Source: a virus (taxonomy: Duplodnaviria; Caudoviricetes). From it: DNA of 64,000 bases. The position numbers were made by a program, and so were the translations under genes. This document shows, piece after piece, positions 1-8,505 of this stretch. Numbering within the stretch: position 1 is the first letter of the stretch; each line of letters begins with the position of its first letter. The stretch spans positions 8,255 to 72,254 of the IMG/VR virus record IMGVR_UViG_3300021311_000141; one strand, given 5' to 3'. The notes under the pieces are model-generated. The model was not told where the DNA came from, did not search any database, and was given only the letters and a program-made list of their open reading frames with translations.

Positions 1-2553
1 GTAGCCGTTGTCGTGGAGGAAGTCGAGGATATACTGCTTGCTGAACCACTTGTTCTGCAGTCCGAACGTGATGTCTTCCGTTCCCACGCGCTGAATCTTG
101 CGATTCATCTCGTCAATCTGTTTACGGAACTGCGTCTTGAGGCGCGCATCGTCCGTCTGGGCGATGGCTTCGGTAAGAGATGCCATTTTGCCAACCACAT
201 CGCCTGCACAATACAGGCTCGCGGGCTGCAACATTCCCTCGGCGGTGATGGACACTCCCTCTATGCCTGCAAGGTCGCCCAGATTTCCTATTGTGGCCGT
301 GCCCTTGTAAAGGGCCTGCACGTCTTCCAATTCAACCTGATCGCCCTTGCTGCGTTGCAAATAACTCACAATGTCGGCCACATTGTCTTCCACATAACCC
401 CTGGCGCTTGTTTTATCCAGCTTGCCGGCCAGCAGATCCGAGAAGTTGCCCTTGGTGTCCACGGCGTTCATAAACACGCCAAAGGCGCGCGAAGACGTGC
501 CGGTGAGTGACAGCTTGGGGTTATTGGCCGGATGGCCGAACCGCTCAATTTCGCTGGTGATGGCTTCCTGCAGGGCCTTCCGTCGAGCGTCAACGTCTTC
601 GCCGCCCTGTTCATCCGCGCCCAGCTTCACCAGCATGGCGCCAAGAATGGAGCCGCGGTAGGCCTGCTCGCGCATATCGTCGCGTGACTGGGACATGGCA
701 AATTCGACGGCGTTTTTCTGCTGCTGGCTCAACAATTCAGGGTAGGCCTTGAAGGCGGCAAAGGCATTGTCCAGAGAGAGACGCAGCGCGCCGGCGGGAT
801 CATTGAGCAGTGCGCCCAGCTCTTCCACGCTGGAAACGCCGAACTTGGCAGGGTCGATGTCTGTAACCTTGGAAACAGTTTCGACTTTCACCCATTCGCC
901 ATTGCGGAGCTCGTAGGCTTCCCCGTCAATGGAGCGTCGGTCGCCCTCTTGGTATGCCCGAAGGATAGGTTCTGCCGCATTCAGGATGTCCCAGTTGATG
1001 CGGCTCTGAAACCTGCGGGCCAGGTTGCGCTTGAGGCTCATGTCGTCGATGTCGCCATCCACAATTTCACGGCTGAAACGGTCGCCCGGAACCCTTGGCA
1101 CATAGCGCCCCATGATGAACTTGCGCCCCTCACCCTGCCAGTATTTCCCGCTGATGAACTCCTCCCAGACCACATTGGCTTCCTTGAGCGTATCCAAAGG
1201 AATTTCATCGGCCTTCAAGCGGTTGAGCAGATCACGCCCATGCTTGCGCAGCACAACCACATCTACAACGGTGTTTGTGCCTTGGGCAGCAAATGTTTTG
1301 GAGGGGAGCTTATGCGCCCCCAGAAATTCAGCCTTTTTGGAAAGGGCAATGCGGAACTGCGACCATTTGCCCCCGCGTGCGCCAACAATGTTCACCGGGC
1401 AGACGAAAACGGCGAGGCCTCCGGGGCGAATCTTGTCGAGCGCACGCAAAAGGAAATAGCGTTCGATGCTCTTCTCGTTCTTGTAGGCCGGATCCAGGTG
1501 CATGGATGCGCCGCGGGCGTTGCCGAAAGGCACATTGCCGATAGCGGAATCAAACGTGTCGTCTTCCGTGTTCATAACCACGTCTTCAAACGAACGTGTG
1601 GAAATGGCGTCACCGGGGTTCAGCAACGCGGCGACGCCGGAGCCCACGGGATCAATATCGTTGCCGGAAACGACAACCCCGGCGGGCTTTGTGCCGGAAA
1701 AAATGCCAGCGCCGCAGCACGGGTCAAGCACGTTGCCGTTCACAAACCCGTTGGCCTTCATGGCGTCCCATGCCCCTTCTGCCACATGCTTGGGGGTGTA
1801 GTATTCATATTGCGAGTTGTCGGATGTGCCGCCCCGCCCGCTGTACTGGCGCAGCACCTCCTTATCCGCCTCTGTCAACGCCGCAGGGTCGCCATTCACG
1901 CGCTCCAGGATGTCGCGGCACTGCGCGTTGATGCGTTCGCGGGCCTTCACGCCGCGAACCTTCAGGCCATAATCCGAATTTTCATCCTTGTATTCGTCGG
2001 CCTGGGGTGGGAGCACGGCCCCAAAGGCGCGGAGCAGGATGTTTTTCAACTCCGAGAATGTGGAGGCGGCGCGGACTTCGCTTTCGATATTCGGCGTGGA
2101 GGTTCGTTCCAGAATCCCGTGCATGGATGATTCTCCCTGTATATTCTTGAGTGCAGCCGTTGCGCTTTCGTAACTGTCCAGGCCGGGCTCAACGATATCC
2201 CCGCCTTCGGGCCCCTGCGGAACTTCCCCGTCAACGGCAAACCCGTACTGCCAGCCCCTTGATAATGCTTCATAGAGCTGGCGGGGTGAAAAACGCGATC
2301 CGTCAATGGGCTTTCCGCGCATGTCGAGGCTTTCGCTCAACCAGTCGATAAAAAACTGATATAGGGCGTCTTCGCCGCCTTTGGACACATAGGGCTCGCT
2401 GTCAGGGATTTCGTCCCATGCCTCGACTTCCATGAGAAGGACGGCGGTGCCGCTTGTGAAGGCGTCGATGCCTTGAGCATCCCATTGGAGCACGGGCGTA
2501 TCGACACCCCTGCAGCCCTCTCGCATCCCAATGCGAAACTCGTATGTCTTCAT
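1..2553 (-). CDS. darB: DarB-like anti-restriction protein (N6-MTase domain; SNF2 helicase part expected beyond the window), 3'-truncated by the window edge; in-frame ~143-aa N-terminal extension, probable internal start at 2124
   Basis: Translated by hand: frame is open from ATG 2553 (TAATG overlap with the ddrB stop) to base 1. Contains QYSGRGG..SQYEYYTP, motif I VLDPCCGAGIF, motif IV IGNVPF, LDKIRPGG, GAHKLP, RFQSRINW, which match P1 DarB as I recall it. GGAG RBS precedes ATG 2124. Absent from the ORF track. Confidence 0.88.
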   Translation of the reverse strand, partial: MKTYEFRIGMREGCRGVDTPVLQWDAQGIDAFTSGTAVLLMEVEAWDEIPDSEPYVSKGGEDALYQFFIDWLSESLDMRGKPIDGSRFSPRQLYEALSRGWQYGFAVDGEVPQGPEGGDIVEPGLDSYESATAALKNIQGESSMHGILERTSTPNIESEVRAASTFSELKNILLRAFGAVLPPQADEYKDENSDYGLKVRGVKARERINAQCRDILERVNGDPAALTEADKEVLRQYSGRGGTSDNSQYEYYTPKHVAEGAWDAMKANGFVNGNVLDPCCGAGIFSGTKPAGVVVSGNDIDPVGSGVAALLNPGDAISTRSFEDVVMNTEDDTFDSAIGNVPFGNARGASMHLDPAYKNEKSIERYFLLRALDKIRPGGLAVFVCPVNIVGARGGKWSQFRIALSKKAEFLGAHKLPSKTFAAQGTNTVVDVVVLRKHGRDLLNRLKADEIPLDTLKEANVVWEEFISGKYWQGEGRKFIMGRYVPRVPGDRFSREIVDGDIDDMSLKRNLARRFQSRINWDILNAAEPILRAYQEGDRRSIDGEAYELRNGEWVKVETVSKVTDIDPAKFGVSSVEELGALLNDPAGALRLSLDNAFAAFKAYPELLSQQQKNAVEFAMSQSRDDMREQAYRGSILGAMLVKLGADEQGGEDVDARRKALQEAITSEIERFGHPANNPKLSLTGTSSRAFGVFMNAVDTKGNFSDLLAGKLDKTSARGYVEDNVADIVSYLQRSKGDQVELEDVQALYKGTATIGNLGDLAGIEGVSITAEGMLQPASLYCAGDVVGKMASLTEAIAQTDDARLKTQFRKQIDEMNRKIQRVGTEDITFGLQNKWFSKQYILDFLHDNGY

Positions 2554-4310
2554 TATACGACCTTTGGAAGCGGTTTAGGATCATCGACAAACCACTGCGG
2601 CGGTTTAATAAGCGCCGGGAAAAGCGCATCAGCGGCCTTTTTTACGTCATCATACTGCACCGGAAGCAGCCGTTTTGCGTTGGCAATAAGCATATATGCC
2701 TTGCGCAGGACTTCTGTTTTTGGCGCAATTTGTATCATGCGTATCCAGTGTTCCTGTTCTTCATCACTGACAGATAGGCTCGAATAATAATCCCCAATCT
2801 TTCCCCAGTAGCATAAACCATACTGGGAGCCGAAACGGTCAATCTTGAAGCCGGCAAAACCCGTCGGCTGCGATAGAGCCTCGAACAGCGCCGTATTTGC
2901 GGCCTTTCCAAGAGCCTTGCGCCAAGCATCCAGTGCGGCCTTGGCGTCGGCCCGCTCTGCGGCCTTCTTTTGAGCGACGGCCGTGTACTTCTGCGCGACG
3001 ACGGCAATATCCGGGTTCTTCCGTCGGCAAATAGCAAGTACCAACTTGAAGTGTTCCGGATCCGTTGCGGCAAGCTCGGCAAGCAGCTTTGGGCTGGCGA
3101 ATGCCTGAAAGCCCATGGAGAACACCTCCGAAGAGCCGCCCTCATAGACCTTGCCCACATAGGGATCGATGAAGGAATCGGGGAACGCGACCTCATTGCT
3201 TCCATAGCCAGCATGTGCCAGTTCGCGCAGAGGCTTGGCCGGCCCTGTGGCTCTGTGACGAATGAATTGGTGACAGGCGCGCTGTGAGGCTTTATCCCAA
3301 TTTTCTACAAGGTGGCCTATTTCGTGAAAGAGCGTTGTTTTGTTGAAGTCTCCTTGCACGAAAACTTGAAAGCGCCCGCTTGCAAAAGCACGGTTGCCGC
3401 CACGTTGGAGACAAAATTCCACAGGCCCTAACTTGCCGCCGACAAGCTGGTAAATCTGGGCCATGTCCTGCCGGATGCTCTCTTCGGTAAAACCAAGTTT
3501 TTTGAGCTTGTTGAGGGCATTGTCATTAAAGAATACGGCGTTGCTGGCCCACTCTTTTGCTATTTCGTCGGTGACGATGGAGGCATCCTTAAGCGCTGTA
3601 ATGGTATCTGTCAGTATTGCCTCTTGCGCATCGTTTGCATTTTCGCGCAGGGCGTTGAGCTCTTCATATATCGGAAGTTCTTTTTCGCCTTCCGTGAGCA
3701 GTTTGGCTTCGTATTCTTTTCGGATTTTCCTAAGCGCCTTATGTCTCTTTTGCCACTGTGCCGACGTAGAACCAGGAAGACCCAACGCTTCTTTGTAGCG
3801 CTGATCCCCGTGCGCGGCATCCCACGCCGCATTAAACAACCCTCCAGCAAAGGATTCATCTACGCTTTTGCGAGCGGTCTTTTCGAGCTCTGCCAAGCGT
3901 TTCAGTTTTGGCAATAGCTCCTTGGCCTTTTCGGGTATTAACGGCAGCCTTTGCGCAATAAAATCGTTGCCCTGTTCACGCAGGGCTGCGTCCACATCCA
4001 CATTTTGTCCTGCAGCCTGTAGCCGCGAACGCACGGCCTTGAGGTCATCAGTGTTGAAAATGGCTTCTACGACGTCTGGGTGAGGCAGTCGGGCACGTTC
4101 CGAAAATTCATACAATTCCTCTGCGGCTATCTGTTCCCCCCGCGCATCGCGGGCCAGGACATCGGCCAGAAAATCCAGGTCATCAGCGGCATGGCGTAGT
4201 ATTTCCCCATCTTGCCCAAAACATGAGCCGATAACGCCGATCAGCCCGTCAAGCGTTGTCTGCCTGCGGATCTCCTCTGCAATTTGTTCAGGCGTCCACG
4301 AAAGGGGCAT
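2553..4310 (-). CDS. ddrB: DdrB-like protein with HExxH zinc metallopeptidase-like motif
   Basis: RQDMAQIYQLVGGKL..RAFA..TLFHEIGHLVE..YVGKVY..SEVFSMGFQ; position after darA/ddrA as in P1. Confidence 0.75.
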   Translation of the reverse strand: MPLSWTPEQIAEEIRRQTTLDGLIGVIGSCFGQDGEILRHAADDLDFLADVLARDARGEQIAAEELYEFSERARLPHPDVVEAIFNTDDLKAVRSRLQAAGQNVDVDAALREQGNDFIAQRLPLIPEKAKELLPKLKRLAELEKTARKSVDESFAGGLFNAAWDAAHGDQRYKEALGLPGSTSAQWQKRHKALRKIRKEYEAKLLTEGEKELPIYEELNALRENANDAQEAILTDTITALKDASIVTDEIAKEWASNAVFFNDNALNKLKKLGFTEESIRQDMAQIYQLVGGKLGPVEFCLQRGGNRAFASGRFQVFVQGDFNKTTLFHEIGHLVENWDKASQRACHQFIRHRATGPAKPLRELAHAGYGSNEVAFPDSFIDPYVGKVYEGGSSEVFSMGFQAFASPKLLAELAATDPEHFKLVLAICRRKNPDIAVVAQKYTAVAQKKAAERADAKAALDAWRKALGKAANTALFEALSQPTGFAGFKIDRFGSQYGLCYWGKIGDYYSSLSVSDEEQEHWIRMIQIAPKTEVLRKAYMLIANAKRLLPVQYDDVKKAADALFPALIKPPQWFVDDPKPLPKVV

Positions 4311-4311
4311 A

Positions 4312-5274
4312 TTACGCCTCCGGCTTGTCGCCCCGGCCTTGGGCCTTGCGGCGGCGGATGGGCGTCCAGCGGGCCAGTCTCTCCCTGATTTGCTCCTCGC
4401 GCAGCCAGATGTCCTGCCCCTTGAACACGTCCGCTATTTCCTCTTGCGTCAGGAAACCGGCGTAGAGCTCGCCAAACCATTTTTTGAAATGCTCTTCCAG
4501 GAAAGTGGACTGCGTTTTCATGTCCCCGACCTTGCCCCATGAAAAGGCGCTGGCGTTGTGGATCATCATGGTGCAGTTGGGGGTGGTCTGAATTTCGTCG
4601 CATGGCATCGTGACAAGAGAGCCGGACGAGTAAGCGGTGATGACTTGGGCTATGGTGTTTGCCTTGGTGGCGAGCAGAGCCACATATACGGCTTGGGCTG
4701 AATCCGTGCGGCCGCCGTGCGAATTGACCTTGAGAATCACCGTGTCCACGGAGCGCGCATCGTCGATGGCGCGGACGATTTCGCGGAAAGTGTCCGGCGA
4801 TTCGAACTCTTTGTCGATGTCTATCAGAATGTCGTCTCCGGCGCCGGATTCCTTTGGCCTGCGCCGCACTGCGCTGATCCGCCTTTTCAAATCCCCGTCT
4901 TCGGCCAGGATGGTGACGGCATCCTGCGGGATACCGGCGTTTTCATACACGCCATCTTCCGAGCGGTGCGCGGCCAGATAGGCAATGACGGGCTCATGCA
5001 GGGCCTTGATGTCCCCCCCGATCTCCTTGGCAACGCGCTCCAAAATGCTCACGAACCGCACCACGGGTTCTTTGAGAAATTCTCCGGCCACAAGCTGCTC
5101 ATAGAGCGACTTGAACGCCCCTGCCACTTTGCCTTCCAGCTTGGCGAAAGCGTCGGCAAGCTGCTTCTGAAGGCTGCGCTTGGTCTTGAAGTCCGGGCCG
5201 TTTTCCAGCGAGGCGAAACAGGTTTGAATTTCCTGCTGCAGCGCACGTTTTTCCTTGAATGACAGCGCCATCAC
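4312..5274 (-). CDS. DdrA-like N-terminal domain fused to ClpP-like (S14) serine protease
   Basis: N-terminal ~105 aa resembles P1 DdrA (LVAGEFLKEPVVRFVSIL..YLAAH); C-terminal half has VILKVNSHGG, AYSSGS (Ser), MMIHN (His), QDIWL (Asp) of the ClpP fold. Confidence 0.75.
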   Translation of the reverse strand: MMALSFKEKRALQQEIQTCFASLENGPDFKTKRSLQKQLADAFAKLEGKVAGAFKSLYEQLVAGEFLKEPVVRFVSILERVAKEIGGDIKALHEPVIAYLAAHRSEDGVYENAGIPQDAVTILAEDGDLKRRISAVRRRPKESGAGDDILIDIDKEFESPDTFREIVRAIDDARSVDTVILKVNSHGGRTDSAQAVYVALLATKANTIAQVITAYSSGSLVTMPCDEIQTTPNCTMMIHNASAFSWGKVGDMKTQSTFLEEHFKKWFGELYAGFLTQEEIADVFKGQDIWLREEQIRERLARWTPIRRRKAQGRGDKPEA

Positions 5275-6788
5275 ATCGCCCCCTGCTTTTTCTTGAGCAG
5301 TTCTGTCAGGTGGTCTGCAGCCCGATTGAACAAGGCCTCAAACTCTTCAAAGCGCCCTGCGGCTTCTGCCTGGCCTGCGGCTTCGTCCAACAGCCTGTCC
5401 ACCTTGTCGGTGTCATCGTCATACTTGCCGGCAACAATGTCATTGAGGGTGGTGGCAAACACCGGCGTCGCCGTGTTGGCGCCGGTGTTTCCTCCTTCCG
5501 GCTCTTGGGGGGCTGGATACCAACCCTGGGCATCGTCCATGGCAGTCTGGGCGGAGGTATGCTCCTTTTGTGTGACCCATTCGCCGTCGTTGCGCCAGGT
5601 CTGGACGAGATACCAGTCTTTTCCCTTGTCGCGCACATGGGCGACGCGCATTTCTTCGGGCCGATATTCAGTCTTCGGGAGCGACAGGGGTACATCCAGG
5701 ACAACAGGTTCGGAGGGGTCGGCATTGCCTCTTTCGTGGATAAACCGCCACTGGGCTTCTGCAGATTCCTGCGTTGTGATGGGGAGGTCGATGAGCTTGC
5801 CGTCCTTCAGGCGCATCTTCCAGACACCGCCATCCTTGACATAACTGCTGACGGTTGCGCCGTCAGGCGCACCGACGGAACCGGATTCCACGCCTGCGCC
5901 ATTTCTCCCTGCTCCCTCGCCGGAGGTTCCGGCAGGCTTGCCCCCGCCCTGGGGCCGAGCCTTGCGCATGGCGTCGAGCTTGGCCTGCAGCTCGGCGTTG
6001 ATGGTTTTCTGCTTTTCCAGCAAGGCCAGAGTATTGGAAAGCTGCGCCGTCACCGTTTCAGCATCCTTGGATGCCTGCGCCACCCCGTCCATGAGTTCGC
6101 GCTGCTTGTCCTCGGCGTTCTTCACAGCTTCGCGGGCTTCATCCAACGCCTTGCGCTCCGCAGCGGCTTCCTTCTGGGTGCGCTCAAAGCGGGCACTGTT
6201 TTTCACAACCAACTGGGTGATCCGCTTGCCGATGGATTCAAGGGACACTTCGGAACCGTCCTCCGGGGCCACAACCTGCGTAATGTCCCTTTTGTTCAGC
6301 AGCCATTGGAAGGCCACTATGCGGTCGGACGGGGTGATTTTCTTCCGGTCGCCTTCGGGCGCATGGAAAATCACGGATACCACCTGTCCGTCGGAGAACG
6401 GAAGCTGCACCGTGACATAGGCGAAGCTCCCACGCTTGCGGGGCTTGCCCACAATGGCGTCCAGTGCTGTGATTTCCTTCCCGGCGAGGTGTCGGTTCAG
6501 GACACGCACCACAGCGGCCATGCGGCGCTCTGTCTTGCTGAACTTGTCAACGACGATGGCTTCAAGGATGTAGTCCGGGGAAATTTCATCAGTGCCGGGG
6601 TTGTAATAGGCGTCAACTTCCTCGAACGTGGCGCTTTCCATGAGCATGTCGTAGTCATGCCGCGTGGCGCCGAGCTCGTTCAGGGCATTCACGAGCTCAC
6701 TTTCCGAAAATCCGCGAGGATGCAGATCATCGCAATCAATAATCCGCATGGCGTACACGGGATTCATGGCCTCAACGCGCTCACACAT
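5271..6788 (-). CDS. darA: DarA-like virion head anti-restriction/morphogenesis protein
   Basis: FSDGQVVSVIFHAP..WLLNKRDITQVVAPE..KNSARF (DarA N domain), coiled coil, C-terminal LNRAADHLTELL-type domain; AAGGAG RBS. Confidence 0.88.
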   Translation of the reverse strand: MCERVEAMNPVYAMRIIDCDDLHPRGFSESELVNALNELGATRHDYDMLMESATFEEVDAYYNPGTDEISPDYILEAIVVDKFSKTERRMAAVVRVLNRHLAGKEITALDAIVGKPRKRGSFAYVTVQLPFSDGQVVSVIFHAPEGDRKKITPSDRIVAFQWLLNKRDITQVVAPEDGSEVSLESIGKRITQLVVKNSARFERTQKEAAAERKALDEAREAVKNAEDKQRELMDGVAQASKDAETVTAQLSNTLALLEKQKTINAELQAKLDAMRKARPQGGGKPAGTSGEGAGRNGAGVESGSVGAPDGATVSSYVKDGGVWKMRLKDGKLIDLPITTQESAEAQWRFIHERGNADPSEPVVLDVPLSLPKTEYRPEEMRVAHVRDKGKDWYLVQTWRNDGEWVTQKEHTSAQTAMDDAQGWYPAPQEPEGGNTGANTATPVFATTLNDIVAGKYDDDTDKVDRLLDEAAGQAEAAGRFEEFEALFNRAADHLTELLKKKQGAM

Positions 6789-6790
6789 GG

Positions 6791-7399
6791 CTATGCTCCT
6801 TGCGCCTTCTCAAGTTCGGCGATTTGCGCCTCAAGGGACGCTGTTTTCTTTCGTTCGGCATCCAGGGCCTTTTCTGCGGCTGCGAGTTCGGCGCGCGACG
6901 TTGCCGTGGAGGTGTTGGTGTCGGCCAACTGTTTTTCAAGGTCGGCGTTGGTCTGGGTGAGCTGCTGCAGGTCTTCGGTGGCCTGGGCCAGCTTTTCTTG
7001 GCGAGTGGTTGTGACAGAGGGTTTTGTCGGACGAATCTTGCGGCGTTCTCGCTGTATCTTCGCCCTTGCGTAGGCCTTGGCGTTGTCGTGAACATAGTCG
7101 ATCATCTCGCCGACGGCCTTGTCCATGTTGTCCACGTTGCGCACGGGGACAACCTTGTTGTTCAGCTTGACTTGGTAGATAGTGCCGCCCGCCTTGACCT
7201 TGACAAGCATTTTCTGCCCGTCCTCAAAGATCAGGGTGAAGCTCTTAACCAGCATCCCGCTCTCTCGCTTTGCCTTGTTGGGGGCGTCCACGGAAGCAAC
7301 GGGGCATTCAAACTTGGCAAATTTTTTTAGAATCGGCTTGAGCCCGTTCTCGGTCAATCTGTCAAAGGGCAGCACCAGTTGATTGCTCTTGGGCGGCAT
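6791..7399 (-). CDS. hdf: Hdf-like protein (homolog of DarA fragment)
   Basis: FDRLTENGLKPILKKF..KRESGMLVK..FEDGQ..VKLNNKVVP plus C-terminal coiled coil; directly upstream of darA as in P1. Confidence 0.85.
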   Translation of the reverse strand: MPPKSNQLVLPFDRLTENGLKPILKKFAKFECPVASVDAPNKAKRESGMLVKSFTLIFEDGQKMLVKVKAGGTIYQVKLNNKVVPVRNVDNMDKAVGEMIDYVHDNAKAYARAKIQRERRKIRPTKPSVTTTRQEKLAQATEDLQQLTQTNADLEKQLADTNTSTATSRAELAAAEKALDAERKKTASLEAQIAELEKAQGA

Positions 7400-7462
7400 G
7401 GCGTTCTCCCGTATTTTTGGGAATTATCCTGCCATGCCAGCGCAAGGCTTGCCAAAAAAATT

Positions 7463-7487
7463 TGTCTAAATCTGGCAGATATGGACA
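7463..7487. promoter_or_regulatory. 25-bp dyad motif, candidate late-operon activator site (copy 1)
   Basis: TGTCTAAATCTGGCAGATATGGACA, 64 bp upstream of the hdf start; related copies at 16199 and 30363; GATAAT on minus strand at 7428-7423. Confidence 0.6.
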
Positions 7488-7508
7488 GCCAAAACAGATC
7501 AAACGCAG

Positions 7509-7793
7509 TCAGCATTGCACCCAGATATAGTTGAGCGTCCACATGCCAAGACACACGAGGGAAGGCAGCAGCCAGTCCAGCACGCCCTTGACCGTCCACG
7601 CATCCGGCAGGAACCCGCCGTACCACGGCATGTTGGCCCTCTTGCCGCCGCAGTAGGCGGCGATGTAGCGGTACTCGGCCTGCGCGAACTCCCGGCCCAT
7701 ATACCAGATGGCGGGCAGGAACAGGGCTTCGCTGTTGCCGTGCGTTGCCGCCACGAAAAGGCAGAACAGCAGGGAAATTGCCGCGTGAATCAT
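7509..7793 (-). CDS. Small membrane protein (GREFAQ motif), possible holin/antiholin-like
   Basis: Hydrophobic segments; shares GRE[FH]AQ and W..(L/M)D...P with its neighbour; occupies the P1 lydA/lydB position. Confidence 0.55.
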   Translation of the reverse strand: MIHAAISLLFCLFVAATHGNSEALFLPAIWYMGREFAQAEYRYIAAYCGGKRANMPWYGGFLPDAWTVKGVLDWLLPSLVCLGMWTLNYIWVQC

Positions 7794-7794
7794 G

Positions 7795-8121
7795 CTACAC
7801 CGCCAAAAGAGCCAGCAGGGCCAGTAACAGCGTGGTCACAGTCGGGCAATACAGGTCCATCCGGCTTGGGTAGTCCCATTTCCAGAACTTGGCGGCTTCC
7901 CAGTCGCCCAGCGCGGCATCCTCCGCCCCGCTGAAAAAGTCCTGCTGCTGGGCGTGCTCACGGCCGAAGAAAAATCCAATCGGGGCGGCTGCTCCCGCAC
8001 CTACGGCAAGGGCCGGGGAGACCCACCACAGGGCCAGCGTGACTACGCCCTGCATGAGCGCCGCGTACACGCAATGCTCAATGGGCGTGAGGTCGCCGCC
8101 CAGAAATTCACGGAGATTCAT
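7795..8121 (-). CDS. Small membrane protein (GREHAQ motif), paralog of 7509-7793
   Basis: ATG 8121 (MNLREFLGG) with GGAG RBS; two or three hydrophobic helices. Confidence 0.55.
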   Translation of the reverse strand: MNLREFLGGDLTPIEHCVYAALMQGVVTLALWWVSPALAVGAGAAAPIGFFFGREHAQQQDFFSGAEDAALGDWEAAKFWKWDYPSRMDLYCPTVTTLLLALLALLAV

Positions 8122-8168
8122 TGCCACTCCCGGTTTGGTGGCGGGGCCGTTTGGAGCCCCGCCACGCC

Positions 8169-8288
8169 TCAATCTATTTCCAGGGCAATCTTGAGTTGCT
8201 CAATTTCGTATTGCTGCCGCTTGATGATTGCCGCTTGGGCCTCAACCAAGTCCACAAGCTCAAGAATTGAGCTTGGCACGGAGTTCAT
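8169..8288 (-). CDS. Short coiled-coil peptide (39 aa)
   Basis: MNSVPSSILELVDLVEAQAAIIKRQQYEIEQLKIALEID; overlaps the end of the upstream gene. Confidence 0.35.
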   Translation of the reverse strand: MNSVPSSILELVDLVEAQAAIIKRQQYEIEQLKIALEID

Positions 8289-8484
8289 TGATGCGGTCGC
8301 GGACGGCCTGCCGCTTGGCATGGAGCTCCGCAATGTCATAGGGTGGTTCTTGTCCGGCAAGGACGTACTCCTGGTATTTGGCAACTTTCCAGTCGCCGAT
8401 TTCGGACGCTCCCGAAGTGAGCTTGGACATGCCATCGTGAATTTCCTGTTCCATGTCCATGCGCTGTTCATCAGTCAGAGGCAT
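8260..8484 (-). CDS. Small phage protein of the DWKVAKYQE..PYD..LH..RQA.RD.IN type, possible tail-fibre accessory
   Basis: Motif pattern I recall next to tail-fibre and DGR loci; RBS GGAG. Confidence 0.55.
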   Translation of the reverse strand: MPLTDEQRMDMEQEIHDGMSKLTSGASEIGDWKVAKYQEYVLAGQEPPYDIAELHAKRQAVRDRINELRAKLNS

Positions 8485-8505
8485 AGTGTTCTCCTTCGAT
8501 GTTTG

